Shown piece after piece: positions 9,989 to 19,754 of a stretch of 64,000 nt of DNA. Every line of letters starts with the position of its first letter. Position 1 is the stretch's first letter. A model generated the notes under the pieces. The model saw only the letters and a list, made by a program, of their open reading frames with translations, did no database searches and was not told where the DNA came from. Both the position numbers and the translations under genes were made by a program. Source of the DNA: an uncultured candidate division Zixibacteria bacterium (GTDB lineage Bacteria > Zixibacteria > MSB-5A5 > UBA10806 > 4484-95); assembly GCA_963668625.2 (NCBI GenBank), contig CAXXKA010000001.1, positions 448,001 to 512,000 on the forward strand. Direction: 5' to 3'.

Positions 9989-10062
9989 TGGCGGGAATCT
10001 TTTTTCTGTCACCGGTTATCATACAGTAGTTCACCGGGAAAGGATGAATAGATGGCTTCATC
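9989..10062 (+). repeat. Degenerate second copy of the internal segment of the 2461-2607 element (structured repeat)
   Basis: Aligns to the reverse complement of 2499-2572, including exact CCGGGAAAGGATGAA. Confidence 0.75.
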
Positions 10063-10181
10063 AACCTGACTGAACCGACATGCTCCTTCCTGTAAATGGC
10101 GATAGTTTGCTGATTTGACTTTTGCGATCTCAGTATTTACATTTTACCTGTATGGTAAATTCGTAAATAAAGGATATTGAT

Positions 10182-11171
10182 ATGAAAGCTATGGTTCTTA
10201 AAAAGCAAGGTCACCCGATGGAGCTGATCGATGTGCCCGATCCAGCTCCGGGGGACGACGAATTGTTGCTAGAGGTTTATGCCTGTGGTGTCTGCCGTAC
10301 CGATCTTCATGTAGTGGATGGTGATTTAACCGAGCCTAAGCTACCGCTAGTCCCGGGACATCAGATTGTAGGCCGAGTATTGGAGTTGGGTAAGAATGTC
10401 ACCGGTTTTAAAGTTGGCGATAGGGTAGGAGTACCCTGGCTGGGTTGGAGCTGCGGCGAGTGCAAATTCTGTAAATCGGGCCGGGAAAATCTTTGTGATA
10501 ACGCCCGCTATACCGGTTATCAGATTAACGGCGGTTTCGCCGAAAAATGCGTTGCCAGTGAACGGTTTTGTTTCCCGATTCCCGAATCCTATCCTGATAT
10601 ACAGGCGGCCCCGCTATTATGCGCCGGTCTTATCGGCTATCGCTCGCTTCGTATGGCAGGGGATGCTAAACGAATCGGTTTCTATGGATTCGGAGCGGCG
10701 GCGCATATAATAGCTCAGGTGGCTAAATATCAAAATCGGGAGGTTTACGCGTTTACCCGCAGGGGAGATACCAGAGGACAGGAGTTTGCCCTGAAACTGG
10801 GCGTCTCCTGGGCCGGCGACTCCGAGCAAATCCCGCCGGTCAAGCTAGATGCCGCAATCATATTCGCGCCTGTAGGCGAATTGTTGCCGCTATCGCTTAA
10901 AGCGCTCGATAAAGGCGGCATAGCTGTATGCGCCGGTATTCATATGAGCGATATTCCGTCATTTCCATATAAGATACTCTGGGAGGAACGAGTTATAAAA
11001 TCGGTGGCTAATCTAACTCGTCGCGATGGTGAGGAGTTCATGGCTCTGGCGCCAAAAGTACCGGTGATAACCGAGGCTCATCCATACGCACTCGAAAATG
11101 CCAATAATGCTCTGGATGATTTACGCGAGGGCAGGTTCGAGGGAGCGGCGGTCATCGTATTAAAACAATGA
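10182..11171 (+). CDS. Zinc-dependent alcohol dehydrogenase family protein (MDR)
   Basis: CGVCRTD, PGHQ, structural Zn CxxCxxCx7C, GFGAAA. Confidence 0.93.
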   Translation: MKAMVLKKQGHPMELIDVPDPAPGDDELLLEVYACGVCRTDLHVVDGDLTEPKLPLVPGHQIVGRVLELGKNVTGFKVGDRVGVPWLGWSCGECKFCKSGRENLCDNARYTGYQINGGFAEKCVASERFCFPIPESYPDIQAAPLLCAGLIGYRSLRMAGDAKRIGFYGFGAAAHIIAQVAKYQNREVYAFTRRGDTRGQEFALKLGVSWAGDSEQIPPVKLDAAIIFAPVGELLPLSLKALDKGGIAVCAGIHMSDIPSFPYKILWEERVIKSVANLTRRDGEEFMALAPKVPVITEAHPYALENANNALDDLREGRFEGAAVIVLKQ

Positions 11172-11438
11172 GCCAGGAGCTATTCAATAGTATTCATCTC
11201 AGAAATTATCATGCTCTACTATCCGAATTATTCTTCAGGAATATATTAGATTAAGCTCCGGGTAGCTTTATTATCAAGCAAACATTTAATATTCGAGAAA
11301 ATCGGCTTAGCATGCTAATTACGAATAGTCGGCATATAATACTTGAATGCAAGTATATTATAATTTTGAGAAGATTGCGTAGTCCGTAAATGTTGGCTAC
11401 CGGCGTTAATCCGAATATATTCCTAAAATAAATCTGAC

Positions 11439-11466
11439 TTGACAGATATCCTTTTTGGCCTATATT
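11439..11466 (+). promoter_or_regulatory. Putative sigma70 promoter
   Basis: TTGACA-N16-TATATT about 60 nt upstream of the 11526 start. Confidence 0.55.
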
Positions 11467-11525
11467 ATTTGAATAGAGGTGTTTCTTCACTTTCAGATTT
11501 ATAAATATTTAATAAGGACTTAACA

Positions 11526-14201
11526 ATGGCTTCCAAGGGCAACAGACTCATTTACTCGTCTTTTTGCGCAATCTTATTATCCTTATTATCTTTCACGGCA
11601 GTTTCTTACGCGGATGATGATTGCGAAGGGGTTTTCAGTCATAGGACTGATCACATCGTAAATTCCAAACCGATATCGATTTTCGCCGGTGATCTTGATA
11701 ACGATGGTTATCAGGATATAGCTATGGCCTGCTATTTCAGGGAGTACATGTCGTATATATTCAATAACGGCGATGCTACTTTCACCTGGCCGACATGGGC
11801 TTTAGTGCCGTATTACACCGAGTGGGTCGATGGCGCCGATTTTAACGGCGATGGTTTTATTGATATTGTCACCGCCAATTCCGGTGATCCCAATGTTAGC
11901 GTACTAATCAACGATGGCCAGAGATCATTCGAACTCCGCCATGACAATGCTACTTACGGTAATTGCCGATCGGTGAGAGCGGATAATTTCAATTCCGATA
12001 ATTATCCCGATATAGTCGCCGCCAATTACTGGACAAGCAAGATCTCGGTTTTAATTAATCGCGGTGATGGTACATTCGAAAATTATACAAGCTATGATCT
12101 TCCCGGAAACCCGAGAGGTATTTACTCGGCAGACCTGGATAATGATGGCGATAACGATGTCATTACAGCTAACCTGGATCAGAATACGATCACTATTTTC
12201 GAAAACGATGGAGAAGGTGTTTTCACGATCAGCAGTAACCGTCCGGTGGGCGATCAACCGTTTATGGTATTTGCCGCCAATCTCAATAACGATAATTATA
12301 TCGACCTGATAACTCCCAACTCCGGCGATAGCACAATCTCTATTTTATTCAATAACGGCAACTCTACATTCATGCCGCCGATTCAGTATATAGTCGGGCA
12401 AGAGCCGGTTTATGTAAGAGCCGTGGATATCGATGAGGATGGAGATAACGACCTGATTACGGCCAACAGTGATGACAATTCTATCACGACACTGATTAAC
12501 GAAGGCAATGGAGTTTTCGGTCACGCTACCGAGAACGCTACCAATATTAATCCACATGGCATAGCCGCCGCCGATTTCGATGGCGATACTCATCCTGACC
12601 TGGCAATAGCTACTTTCATGACTAATTATATCTCGGTGTTAAAAAACGCCAATGCCTTACCATTCACGGGTTCGTTGCTCGCTGATGTCCGGGATCACGC
12701 GCATGAACCGATTGGTGATGTCACGATCGAGTTGTTGGGGGAGTCGACATTCGGTAACACTTCCGGTGATGGTTACGCTCTGATGAATGATATTTGTTGT
12801 ACTCTCTATGATATTCAGTTCAGCCACGAGGATTTTTGTGATACTGTTTTGACGGGTGTTCGTATCTCTCCTGATGATACGACTATTATCGATCTGACGA
12901 TGAATTTCCGGGGAATAGCCGGTACTATAGAGGATGATGAATCCGTGCCTATCGAAAGCGTACTCGTGGATATCCCAGGGCTTGGATTGAATGCTTATAG
13001 CGATAGCCTGGGGCAATACCATTTCGGCTGTGTAGGGACTACAGCTAATGATCTGGTGTTTTATCATCCCCATTTTGTCGATACCTCGGTCAGCTCGGTA
13101 AGCGCCACGCTGAACGATACGACGGTGGTTGATATGACGATGATGCCGCGTGGCTTTATTACGGGAGTTATCCGGGATACATTAATGCAGCCGATCGAGG
13201 GTATCGAAGTTGCCATAGATGGAATAGCCTACGATACATCCGGCGTTGATGGTTCATACCGGATGGAGTATCTGAATACCGCCAGCTATGATATCTCATT
13301 CCGAAGCGCGTATTATTACGATACCTCGGCTACCGCCGTAACGGTCACGCCGGGCGATACGACCTATGTCGACCTGATTATGAGCAAACGTCCCGACCTG
13401 GAGATCTGGTACGGTTCGCTTAGCTGTGGGCCTGTCGAGGTTATGCTGGGCGAGGAGGTTGCTATCGATGTTTACATACGGACGGCCGGCCCTATTCAAA
13501 TCGAGGATGCCCGTCTGATTTTGGGCGCCGACAACGACTATATCGATGAGTTTCTCAGCGCCGGCGAGGGTGAGATATTTTATCCTTTCGATATAATGGA
13601 TGAGGCTGAGTTCTCAACGCCTCTGTCCTCGCCACCCAATCCGGCCGGATGGTCAAGCCAGTACCTGGAAGTATCCGCCGAGATGGCGCAAAGCCCCTGG
13701 TTCGATTTTTCGGCGCCGACAATTGCCGCCCGATTCGTCGTTACCATGTCAGCCGATACATCGCTGGTGGGCGATACCGTAGTCTGCATTGGCGCGGGAT
13801 TGGACGAGAGCGGCGATACCTCGAGAGTAGAGGGTTTTAGCACTATAGGATTCGATATCAAGCAGCATTTTTGCCAGTTCAGTTTCATCGGTGGCTATCA
13901 TTATTTCCCCGGTGATGTTAACATGTATACCGGTAGCTGGCCTCCTGATGTTATCGGCAGCGATGTTACGTACCTGGTAAACTATTTCCGGGGACTGCAG
14001 CCGGGATGCTTGTTGGATGGTTTCTATGCCTCCGCGGATGTAAACGGTGATTGTCAGGTTTTTGGCGCAGATGTTACGGTGCTGGTGAACTATTTCCGGG
14101 GTAGCGGCGTGATTACGTTCTGTCCCGATTACCAGACACAGTGGCCGACTCGGGATGATTTCCCACAGCTGCCGCCGGTAACCTGGCCGGGCTGTGAATA
14201 A
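11526..14201 (+). CDS. Secreted FG-GAP/VCBS beta-propeller protein with three carboxypeptidase-regulatory-like domains, a cohesin-like domain and a C-terminal dockerin-like module
   Basis: Signal peptide; seven DxDxDG-like repeats; three P-I..V...G.Y repeats; PGDVN..GSDVTYLVNYFRG..ADVNGDC..WPGCE tail. Confidence 0.8.
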   Translation: MASKGNRLIYSSFCAILLSLLSFTAVSYADDDCEGVFSHRTDHIVNSKPISIFAGDLDNDGYQDIAMACYFREYMSYIFNNGDATFTWPTWALVPYYTEWVDGADFNGDGFIDIVTANSGDPNVSVLINDGQRSFELRHDNATYGNCRSVRADNFNSDNYPDIVAANYWTSKISVLINRGDGTFENYTSYDLPGNPRGIYSADLDNDGDNDVITANLDQNTITIFENDGEGVFTISSNRPVGDQPFMVFAANLNNDNYIDLITPNSGDSTISILFNNGNSTFMPPIQYIVGQEPVYVRAVDIDEDGDNDLITANSDDNSITTLINEGNGVFGHATENATNINPHGIAAADFDGDTHPDLAIATFMTNYISVLKNANALPFTGSLLADVRDHAHEPIGDVTIELLGESTFGNTSGDGYALMNDICCTLYDIQFSHEDFCDTVLTGVRISPDDTTIIDLTMNFRGIAGTIEDDESVPIESVLVDIPGLGLNAYSDSLGQYHFGCVGTTANDLVFYHPHFVDTSVSSVSATLNDTTVVDMTMMPRGFITGVIRDTLMQPIEGIEVAIDGIAYDTSGVDGSYRMEYLNTASYDISFRSAYYYDTSATAVTVTPGDTTYVDLIMSKRPDLEIWYGSLSCGPVEVMLGEEVAIDVYIRTAGPIQIEDARLILGADNDYIDEFLSAGEGEIFYPFDIMDEAEFSTPLSSPPNPAGWSSQYLEVSAEMAQSPWFDFSAPTIAARFVVTMSADTSLVGDTVVCIGAGLDESGDTSRVEGFSTIGFDIKQHFCQFSFIGGYHYFPGDVNMYTGSWPPDVIGSDVTYLVNYFRGLQPGCLLDGFYASADVNGDCQVFGADVTVLVNYFRGSGVITFCPDYQTQWPTRDDFPQLPPVTWPGCE

Positions 14202-14301
14202 TATCGATCAGGCGATTTTTTGAAATAGCATATAGCTATAAATCGGGGCTGTTAACCTCATAAAATAAGCCATTATTGCCGCTTTAACCTGTCATTAGGC
14301 C

Positions 14302-14330
14302 TTGACAAAATATTATATTTGATGTATTTT
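14302..14330 (+). promoter_or_regulatory. Putative sigma70 promoter
   Basis: TTGACA-N17-TATTTT upstream of GAGG RBS and ATG 14359. Confidence 0.5.
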
Positions 14331-14358
14331 AAATAAATATATAGAGTATGAGGTTACA

Positions 14359-14751
14359 ATGAGACGTTCCCGCGATTTAAGCGCTAAAATTATGGTAGTA
14401 TTTCTTCTTCTATTAGGGCTTTCGATACTGGGCTACTGGTTAATTCAATTATCGAGCGGGTTTTTAGCCCAGGGGACAGCTACGGTTAAAGGCGAAAGCC
14501 TGGTGATCTGGCATATTATCGCCGAGATGCTTACGGGTTTACTGGCTATTATCACCGCATTTCTCATTTTAGCGCATAATCCGCTGGGATTGCGACTGGG
14601 GCTTTTTACCTGTGGCATGCTATTATATACCGGATTGAATTCTATTGGCTGGGGGATTTTGCATGATCCCGGTTTATTGGTGCTGTTTGTAATTTCCACT
14701 GTTGGCGCGTTGTTCGGTTTTTTAAGTTTAATCGGCAGGGAAGAGCTGTAG
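14359..14751 (+). CDS. Hypothetical membrane protein (about 4 TM helices)
   Basis: Four hydrophobic stretches; GAGG RBS. Confidence 0.7.
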   Translation: MRRSRDLSAKIMVVFLLLLGLSILGYWLIQLSSGFLAQGTATVKGESLVIWHIIAEMLTGLLAIITAFLILAHNPLGLRLGLFTCGMLLYTGLNSIGWGILHDPGLLVLFVISTVGALFGFLSLIGREEL

Positions 14752-14836
14752 GAAACAAGATGGCAGGATTTATCATTAGCTCTTTCTGAAACAAATCCCT
14801 TGAAAATCTCTCCATCGCCATATACAATCACATGCT

Positions 14837-15058
14837 ATGGATGTATCATCAAGGTTAAGCACATTCACGATTGAAATAGATAGCTCGCTTTGCGGTAATT
14901 GCGGCGCTTGCGTGGCGGTTTGCCCGGAGAACGTGTTTCATCTCACCGCTCTGGGATTACTGGCGGATAACGATGAGTGTATCGGCTGTAAATACTGTAT
15001 CGTGACTTGCCCGACCGGAACGCTAACGTTGACACGAGACGAAAGCTGCCATGAATAA
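14837..15058 (+). CDS. 2[4Fe-4S] ferredoxin
   Basis: CGNCGACVAVCP and CIGCKYCIVTCP; overlaps the next start codon. Confidence 0.9.
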   Translation: MDVSSRLSTFTIEIDSSLCGNCGACVAVCPENVFHLTALGLLADNDECIGCKYCIVTCPTGTLTLTRDESCHE

Positions 15059-16220
15059 AAGCTATGATGTCATAGTAATCGGCGGCGGCCCGGCTGGTTC
15101 GATGGCGGCCAGGTTTGCCGCGACGGGCGGGGCGAGTACCTTGCTGGTGGAAAAGCATCCGGTTATAGGCCAACCGCTGTGTTGTGGCGAGGCGATATCG
15201 ACTACCGGCCTCACTGATTTGGTGGAGTTAAAAGATAGCTGGATTAACTCGGTTATACATAAAGCTAAGATGTATGGCCCCGAGGGAGTGAAGGCCAAAA
15301 TACTTCACCCCAATGCCGGTTATGTACTGGACCGTAGAATATTCGATAATGATCTGGCAAAAATGGCTGAGGAGGCCGGCGCTGAGGTTCGAACCGAAGT
15401 CGATATAGTCGATCTGGTTTATGTTGATAATAAAATAACCGGAGTGAAAGCCATTTCAGATGGCAAGTCATTCGATATCGAGGCTAAGGTAGTAATTGCT
15501 GCCGATGGTGTGGAGTCGACTATCGCCAGGCGTGCCGGAATAGACAGCCATCTCAAACCAGCCGGGATACATTCGGCCTGTCAGTATCTGCTTGATGATC
15601 TTGAAATCGAGAAGGATACTATAGAATTCCATTTCGGCAATGATGTCGCTCCGGGCGGGTATGTCTGGGTATTCCCCAAAGGGCCGGATTCGGCCAATGT
15701 AGGACTGGGCATATGCCCGGCGAAATCATCAAAGGTAAACGCGCTATCGTATCTTAATAAGTTTATCGAATCGCGATTCGAGCGATATACGATAGTAAAG
15801 CGTATGACCGGCGGGGTGCCGACATACATGCCGGATATGCCTCTGTATAAAGATAATTTGCTCATTGTGGGGGATGCCGCCCGGCTTATCGATTCACTTA
15901 CGGGCGCCGGTATTGCGCTGGCATTGCTTTCGGGGAAGATAGCCGGGGAAACGGCCGCTTTGATGGTCGGTGATGGAATTTCTGGCAAGGCCTATGCCGA
16001 TGGGTTCAATGAGATTAAGCGTAAAGACTTGAAGTCTTACTATCACTTTAGGGAGATATTCTTGAAACTCACCGATAGCGATTTTATATCAATATTAAAA
16101 TTTACCGATGATTTATTCGGGGATAAGAAGGTGACGGCCATTAACCCTTTCGAGGTCGTGAAACAAATTTTACTGGCTCATCCCCGGTTATTGAAGATAG
16201 GCCGTCACTTGATATTTTAA
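15051..16220 (+). CDS. Geranylgeranyl reductase family flavoprotein (DGGR-like)
   Basis: GGGPAG, P..CCGEAI, LDRRIFD, GGYVWVFPK (YxWxFP), GDAA..GAGI. Confidence 0.88.
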   Translation: MNKSYDVIVIGGGPAGSMAARFAATGGASTLLVEKHPVIGQPLCCGEAISTTGLTDLVELKDSWINSVIHKAKMYGPEGVKAKILHPNAGYVLDRRIFDNDLAKMAEEAGAEVRTEVDIVDLVYVDNKITGVKAISDGKSFDIEAKVVIAADGVESTIARRAGIDSHLKPAGIHSACQYLLDDLEIEKDTIEFHFGNDVAPGGYVWVFPKGPDSANVGLGICPAKSSKVNALSYLNKFIESRFERYTIVKRMTGGVPTYMPDMPLYKDNLLIVGDAARLIDSLTGAGIALALLSGKIAGETAALMVGDGISGKAYADGFNEIKRKDLKSYYHFREIFLKLTDSDFISILKFTDDLFGDKKVTAINPFEVVKQILLAHPRLLKIGRHLIF

Positions 16221-16465
16221 CTGGCTTTGGCTGCCAATTTAGCCATGCGCGATTTCAGCCTGGCCGCTTTATTTTTATGAATAACGCCCTTAGACTTAGA
16301 CTTATCGATTATGCTGTCAATGCCCTTGAGCTGTTCGGCCTGTTGCTGTTCGCCATCGCGGAAATCTTTAAGTGTTTTGCGAAGAACAGTTCTGGTGGCC
16401 CGGTTCCGAGTGCGGGACTTGGCAGCAGTCTTCATCCGCTTCATACACGATTTGTGCTGCGGCAA
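16217..16465 (-). CDS. rpsT: 30S ribosomal protein S20
   Basis: KSCMKR..RNR..KGVIHKNKAARLKSR; divergent from murJ, a conserved arrangement. Confidence 0.95.
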   Translation of the reverse strand: MPQHKSCMKRMKTAAKSRTRNRATRTVLRKTLKDFRDGEQQQAEQLKGIDSIIDKSKSKGVIHKNKAARLKSRMAKLAAKAS

Positions 16466-16529
16466 TGTGCGCTCCTTTCATCAATTTTAAACTTTTCTCA
16501 AGACCCGAAATATAATTATCAGGAAAAGA

Positions 16530-18095
16530 ATGTCAACTCAAATTAATACTCAACCCAAACGCGCCCGCGATAGTTTCTTGAAACGCTCGCTGCGATTCTC
16601 ATTCTCTACAGTTATATCTCGGCTGTTGGGACTGGTTCGGGAGCAGGTTTTTTCGCATTATTTCGGCGCCGGAGTAGTGGTGGACTCGTTTTTCGCCGCT
16701 TTCCGTATCCCCAACCTTCTACGTGAATTTTTCGCCGAGGGGGCTCTTTCGGCGGCTTATGTGCCTGTTTTTGCCGGTAAACTCAAGGAGGAGGGCAAAC
16801 AAAAAGCCTTTCTGCTGACATCGACGGTACTCTCCGTATTGCTCGTAATTCTTGGTATAGTAACGGTTTTTGGGATAATATTCGCGCCTTACCTGGTACG
16901 AATTATCGCTCCGGGATTTTCAGACACTCCCGGCCAGGTCGAACTAACGATCAGGCTGGCGCGTATCATGTTCCCGTTTTTGATATTCGTGGCTATGGCG
17001 GCCGCCGTTATGGGCACACTTAACTGTTTCGGCAAGTTTGGCTTGCCGGCATTGGCGCCGGTGGGATTTAATATCGGGCTGATCGTTGCCGGTCTGTTTT
17101 TTCGGGATTATTTCGATCCACCGATAGTGGTGATGGGCTGGGGCGCGATGGTCGGCGGGGCGCTTCAATTATTGATACAACTGCCGCAATTATACAAAAT
17201 CGGTTTCCGCTATAAATTCGTGTTCAGTTTCGCCGATGAGGCCGTGCGCAGAATTATCCGCTTGATGGGACCGGCCGCGCTGGGTGTGGCCGCCGCGCAG
17301 GTGAATATCGTTGTTGGCACGCTGTTGGCCTCGTTTCTGCAGACCGGTAGTATCTCGTATCTCAACTACGCTTTCCGGTTGATGCATCTCCCGCTGGGCG
17401 TCTTCGGCGTGGCCGTGGCGACAGTCTCGCTGCCCGAGCTTTCGGCATTGGCAGCCGATGGCAAGAAGGGCGAGCTTTTATCACGCTATATACGCTCCTC
17501 AAAAATGCAGCTAGCATTCCTATTGCCCTCGGCGCTGGCGCTTATAGTGGCCGCCCGCCCGATTTGTGCGCTGATATATCAGCATGGTAAATTCACCTGG
17601 ATAGATTCTGTCAACGCCGGTATGGCGCTTCAGGCATACGCCGCAGGGTTGATATTTTTCGGGCTGGTCAGGCTTTCGGCGCAAGTTTTTTACGCCTATA
17701 AAAATACGGCAACACCGGTGCGTATCGCGGCCATGTCGATGGTGATAAATATCATCTGTATGGCTTTGTTGATGAAACCGCTTGGGTTTGTCGGGCTGGC
17801 GTTATCGCCGGGTATCGCGGCGTTGTTTAATTTCAGCGTATTGTCGTTTAGTATCAGGAAACGTATAGACCGGCCGGATTACAGTTCGTTATTAGTTCAT
17901 TTTATCAAGGTATTAATTGCAGGGGTGCTCGGCGCGGGCACGATTTATCTTGTGCTGAATTATTTCGGTGATTATGGTGTATATAATGGTGTAGTATACA
18001 CGTTGTACCATCTGGGTGTGGCGTTTGTGGGAGGTGTGATTGTGTTTGGCGGTATTGGGTATTTGCTGGGGGTATTTGGAAGGAATAGGGACTAA
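16530..18095 (+). CDS. murJ: Lipid II flippase MurJ
   Basis: SRLLGLVRE, AFRIPNLLREFFAEGALSAAYVPVF, many TM helices. Confidence 0.95.
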   Translation: MSTQINTQPKRARDSFLKRSLRFSFSTVISRLLGLVREQVFSHYFGAGVVVDSFFAAFRIPNLLREFFAEGALSAAYVPVFAGKLKEEGKQKAFLLTSTVLSVLLVILGIVTVFGIIFAPYLVRIIAPGFSDTPGQVELTIRLARIMFPFLIFVAMAAAVMGTLNCFGKFGLPALAPVGFNIGLIVAGLFFRDYFDPPIVVMGWGAMVGGALQLLIQLPQLYKIGFRYKFVFSFADEAVRRIIRLMGPAALGVAAAQVNIVVGTLLASFLQTGSISYLNYAFRLMHLPLGVFGVAVATVSLPELSALAADGKKGELLSRYIRSSKMQLAFLLPSALALIVAARPICALIYQHGKFTWIDSVNAGMALQAYAAGLIFFGLVRLSAQVFYAYKNTATPVRIAAMSMVINIICMALLMKPLGFVGLALSPGIAALFNFSVLSFSIRKRIDRPDYSSLLVHFIKVLIAGVLGAGTIYLVLNYFGDYGVYNGVVYTLYHLGVAFVGGVIVFGGIGYLLGVFGRNRD

Positions 18096-18132
18096 TATTA
18101 CATATCTAAATAGTTTAAGGGGTTAATATAGA

Positions 18133-18630
18133 ATGGAATTTAAGACAATCGATGAATTGGAAGAAATCGGTTTTAAAGGTTTCATCCAGGTTTCACAACT
18201 GATAAATAATAGTTGCTCTGAGGTGCCTGAGAGGAAAGGTGTTTACTTCGTTTTAAATCTTGATAAACAATGTGAATTTCTTCATAAAAGCGTAGGGGGA
18301 TGGCATAGTGGAAGAAACCCTACAGTTGATATTAAAGAATTACATAATAGCTGGGTAGATGATACAATTGTATTATATATTGGCAAGGCGGGCGGTGGGA
18401 ATACAAAGGCTACTTTAAAGAAACGATTGAAACAATATATGCGATTCGGGCAGGGTAAAAGCTCGCCTCACCATGGCGGTCGGTATATCTGGCAATTAAA
18501 GAACAATGGCGACTTAGTTGTAAGTTGGAAAGTACTATATGATGATGATCCCAAAGATATCGAGACTGGTTATATACTAGAGTTTAAACGGAAATATAGC
18601 AAATATCCTTTCGCAAATTTGCAGAAGTAG
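18133..18630 (+). CDS. GIY-YIG-like nuclease, AT-rich orphan
   Basis: KGVY...LYIGKA...LKKRL...E...PFAN motif order. Confidence 0.7.
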   Translation: MEFKTIDELEEIGFKGFIQVSQLINNSCSEVPERKGVYFVLNLDKQCEFLHKSVGGWHSGRNPTVDIKELHNSWVDDTIVLYIGKAGGGNTKATLKKRLKQYMRFGQGKSSPHHGGRYIWQLKNNGDLVVSWKVLYDDDPKDIETGYILEFKRKYSKYPFANLQK

Positions 18631-18643
18631 ATAAAATAAACTG

Positions 18644-19633
18644 ATGCACAGAGTAGCCGTAATACAAACAGCCTTCCCGGGGGATGTCATCCTCTGTACA
18701 GCCATGTTCGAATCGTTGAAATCGGCAGGACATGAGACAGTCGGCGTGTTCCGTCCCGAGGTGGAGCCGCTGGTCTGTCATAACCCCCATATCGATCACG
18801 CGATATTCTACGATAAACGAGCGGGATTCGGTTCGTTCATGAGTACGCTATATCAGTTCCAGAAGCTCGAATGCGATGTTTCGCTTTCGGTGCAGCGTTA
18901 CTTGAAAAGCGTGCTACTGCCAATTTACGCCGGCATACACAGGCGGGTAGGATTCGATATCGCCGAGGTAGTTTTCCTCTACACCGATGAGATTCATTAT
19001 GATAATAAGAAACATGAAGTGGAACGCTGCCTGTCATTGTGCGAGGGGATATCACCGACGACAGGATTTTCGCCGTGTATATATATTGAGGATGATGAGT
19101 TGAAACAGGCGCGCGAGATATTGAATACTCAAAATGTAGATCCCGACAATTTCATAGCAATCGCCCCAGGATCTGTATGGGCCACCAAGCGTTGGATTGG
19201 ATTTGCAGAGCTGACGATTTTATTAAAAGATAGCTTCAATTGCGATATAGTCCTGTTAGGTTCGGGCAAGGATAGAGATACCTGTGAAAGTATAGCCTCT
19301 GATAATAAGGCAATCAACCTTGCCGGCAAAACCGATCTGTTGCAGTCCTCGGCAGTCATCAAGCTGGCGAAACTGGCCATTACCAACGATTCGGCTCCCG
19401 CGCATATAGCAGCCGCTGTCGAGACACCGGTGGTTACGATATTCGGGCCGACCGTACCCGCGTTCGGTTTCGCGCCTTATGCAACCGACTCGGTAGTAGT
19501 GGAAAACGAGGGCTTGTACTGCCGTCCCTGCAGCAAACATGGCCCGATGACTTGCCCCGAGGGGCATTTCAGATGTATGAACGAGATAGCATCAGAGCGG
19601 GTGTTACGAGCCTGCGAGAAACTGCTGAATTAG
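18644..19633 (+). CDS. waaF: LPS heptosyltransferase II-like (GT9)
   Basis: TAFPGDVI, APGSVWATKRW, NLAGKTDL, NDSAPAHIAAA, IFGPT, CRPC. Confidence 0.8.
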   Translation: MHRVAVIQTAFPGDVILCTAMFESLKSAGHETVGVFRPEVEPLVCHNPHIDHAIFYDKRAGFGSFMSTLYQFQKLECDVSLSVQRYLKSVLLPIYAGIHRRVGFDIAEVVFLYTDEIHYDNKKHEVERCLSLCEGISPTTGFSPCIYIEDDELKQAREILNTQNVDPDNFIAIAPGSVWATKRWIGFAELTILLKDSFNCDIVLLGSGKDRDTCESIASDNKAINLAGKTDLLQSSAVIKLAKLAITNDSAPAHIAAAVETPVVTIFGPTVPAFGFAPYATDSVVVENEGLYCRPCSKHGPMTCPEGHFRCMNEIASERVLRACEKLLN

Positions 19634-19636
19634 TCC

Positions 19637-19741
19637 TGTCATTCCCGTGAAAGCGGGAATCTCTCAGTATGCCTCCGAAGTGAATCAATGAGATCCCCAT
19701 GCCGTAAGGCACCCCTTAGCAGGGTTTTCGTGGGGATGATA
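19637..19741. repeat. GTCATTCCCG-type REP doublet; right arm interrupted by a 25-bp insert
   Basis: TGTCATTCCCGTGAAAGCGGGAATCTC (19637-19663) vs GAGATCCCCA[19700-19724]TTTTCGTGGGGATGATA. Confidence 0.7.
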
Positions 19742-19754
19742 TAGCAGATTCCTC

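Noticed and set aside
10103-10120. sigma54 promoter before the alcohol dehydrogenase (TGGCGATAGTTTGC)
   Set aside because: GG-GC spacing is 9 rather than 10 nt
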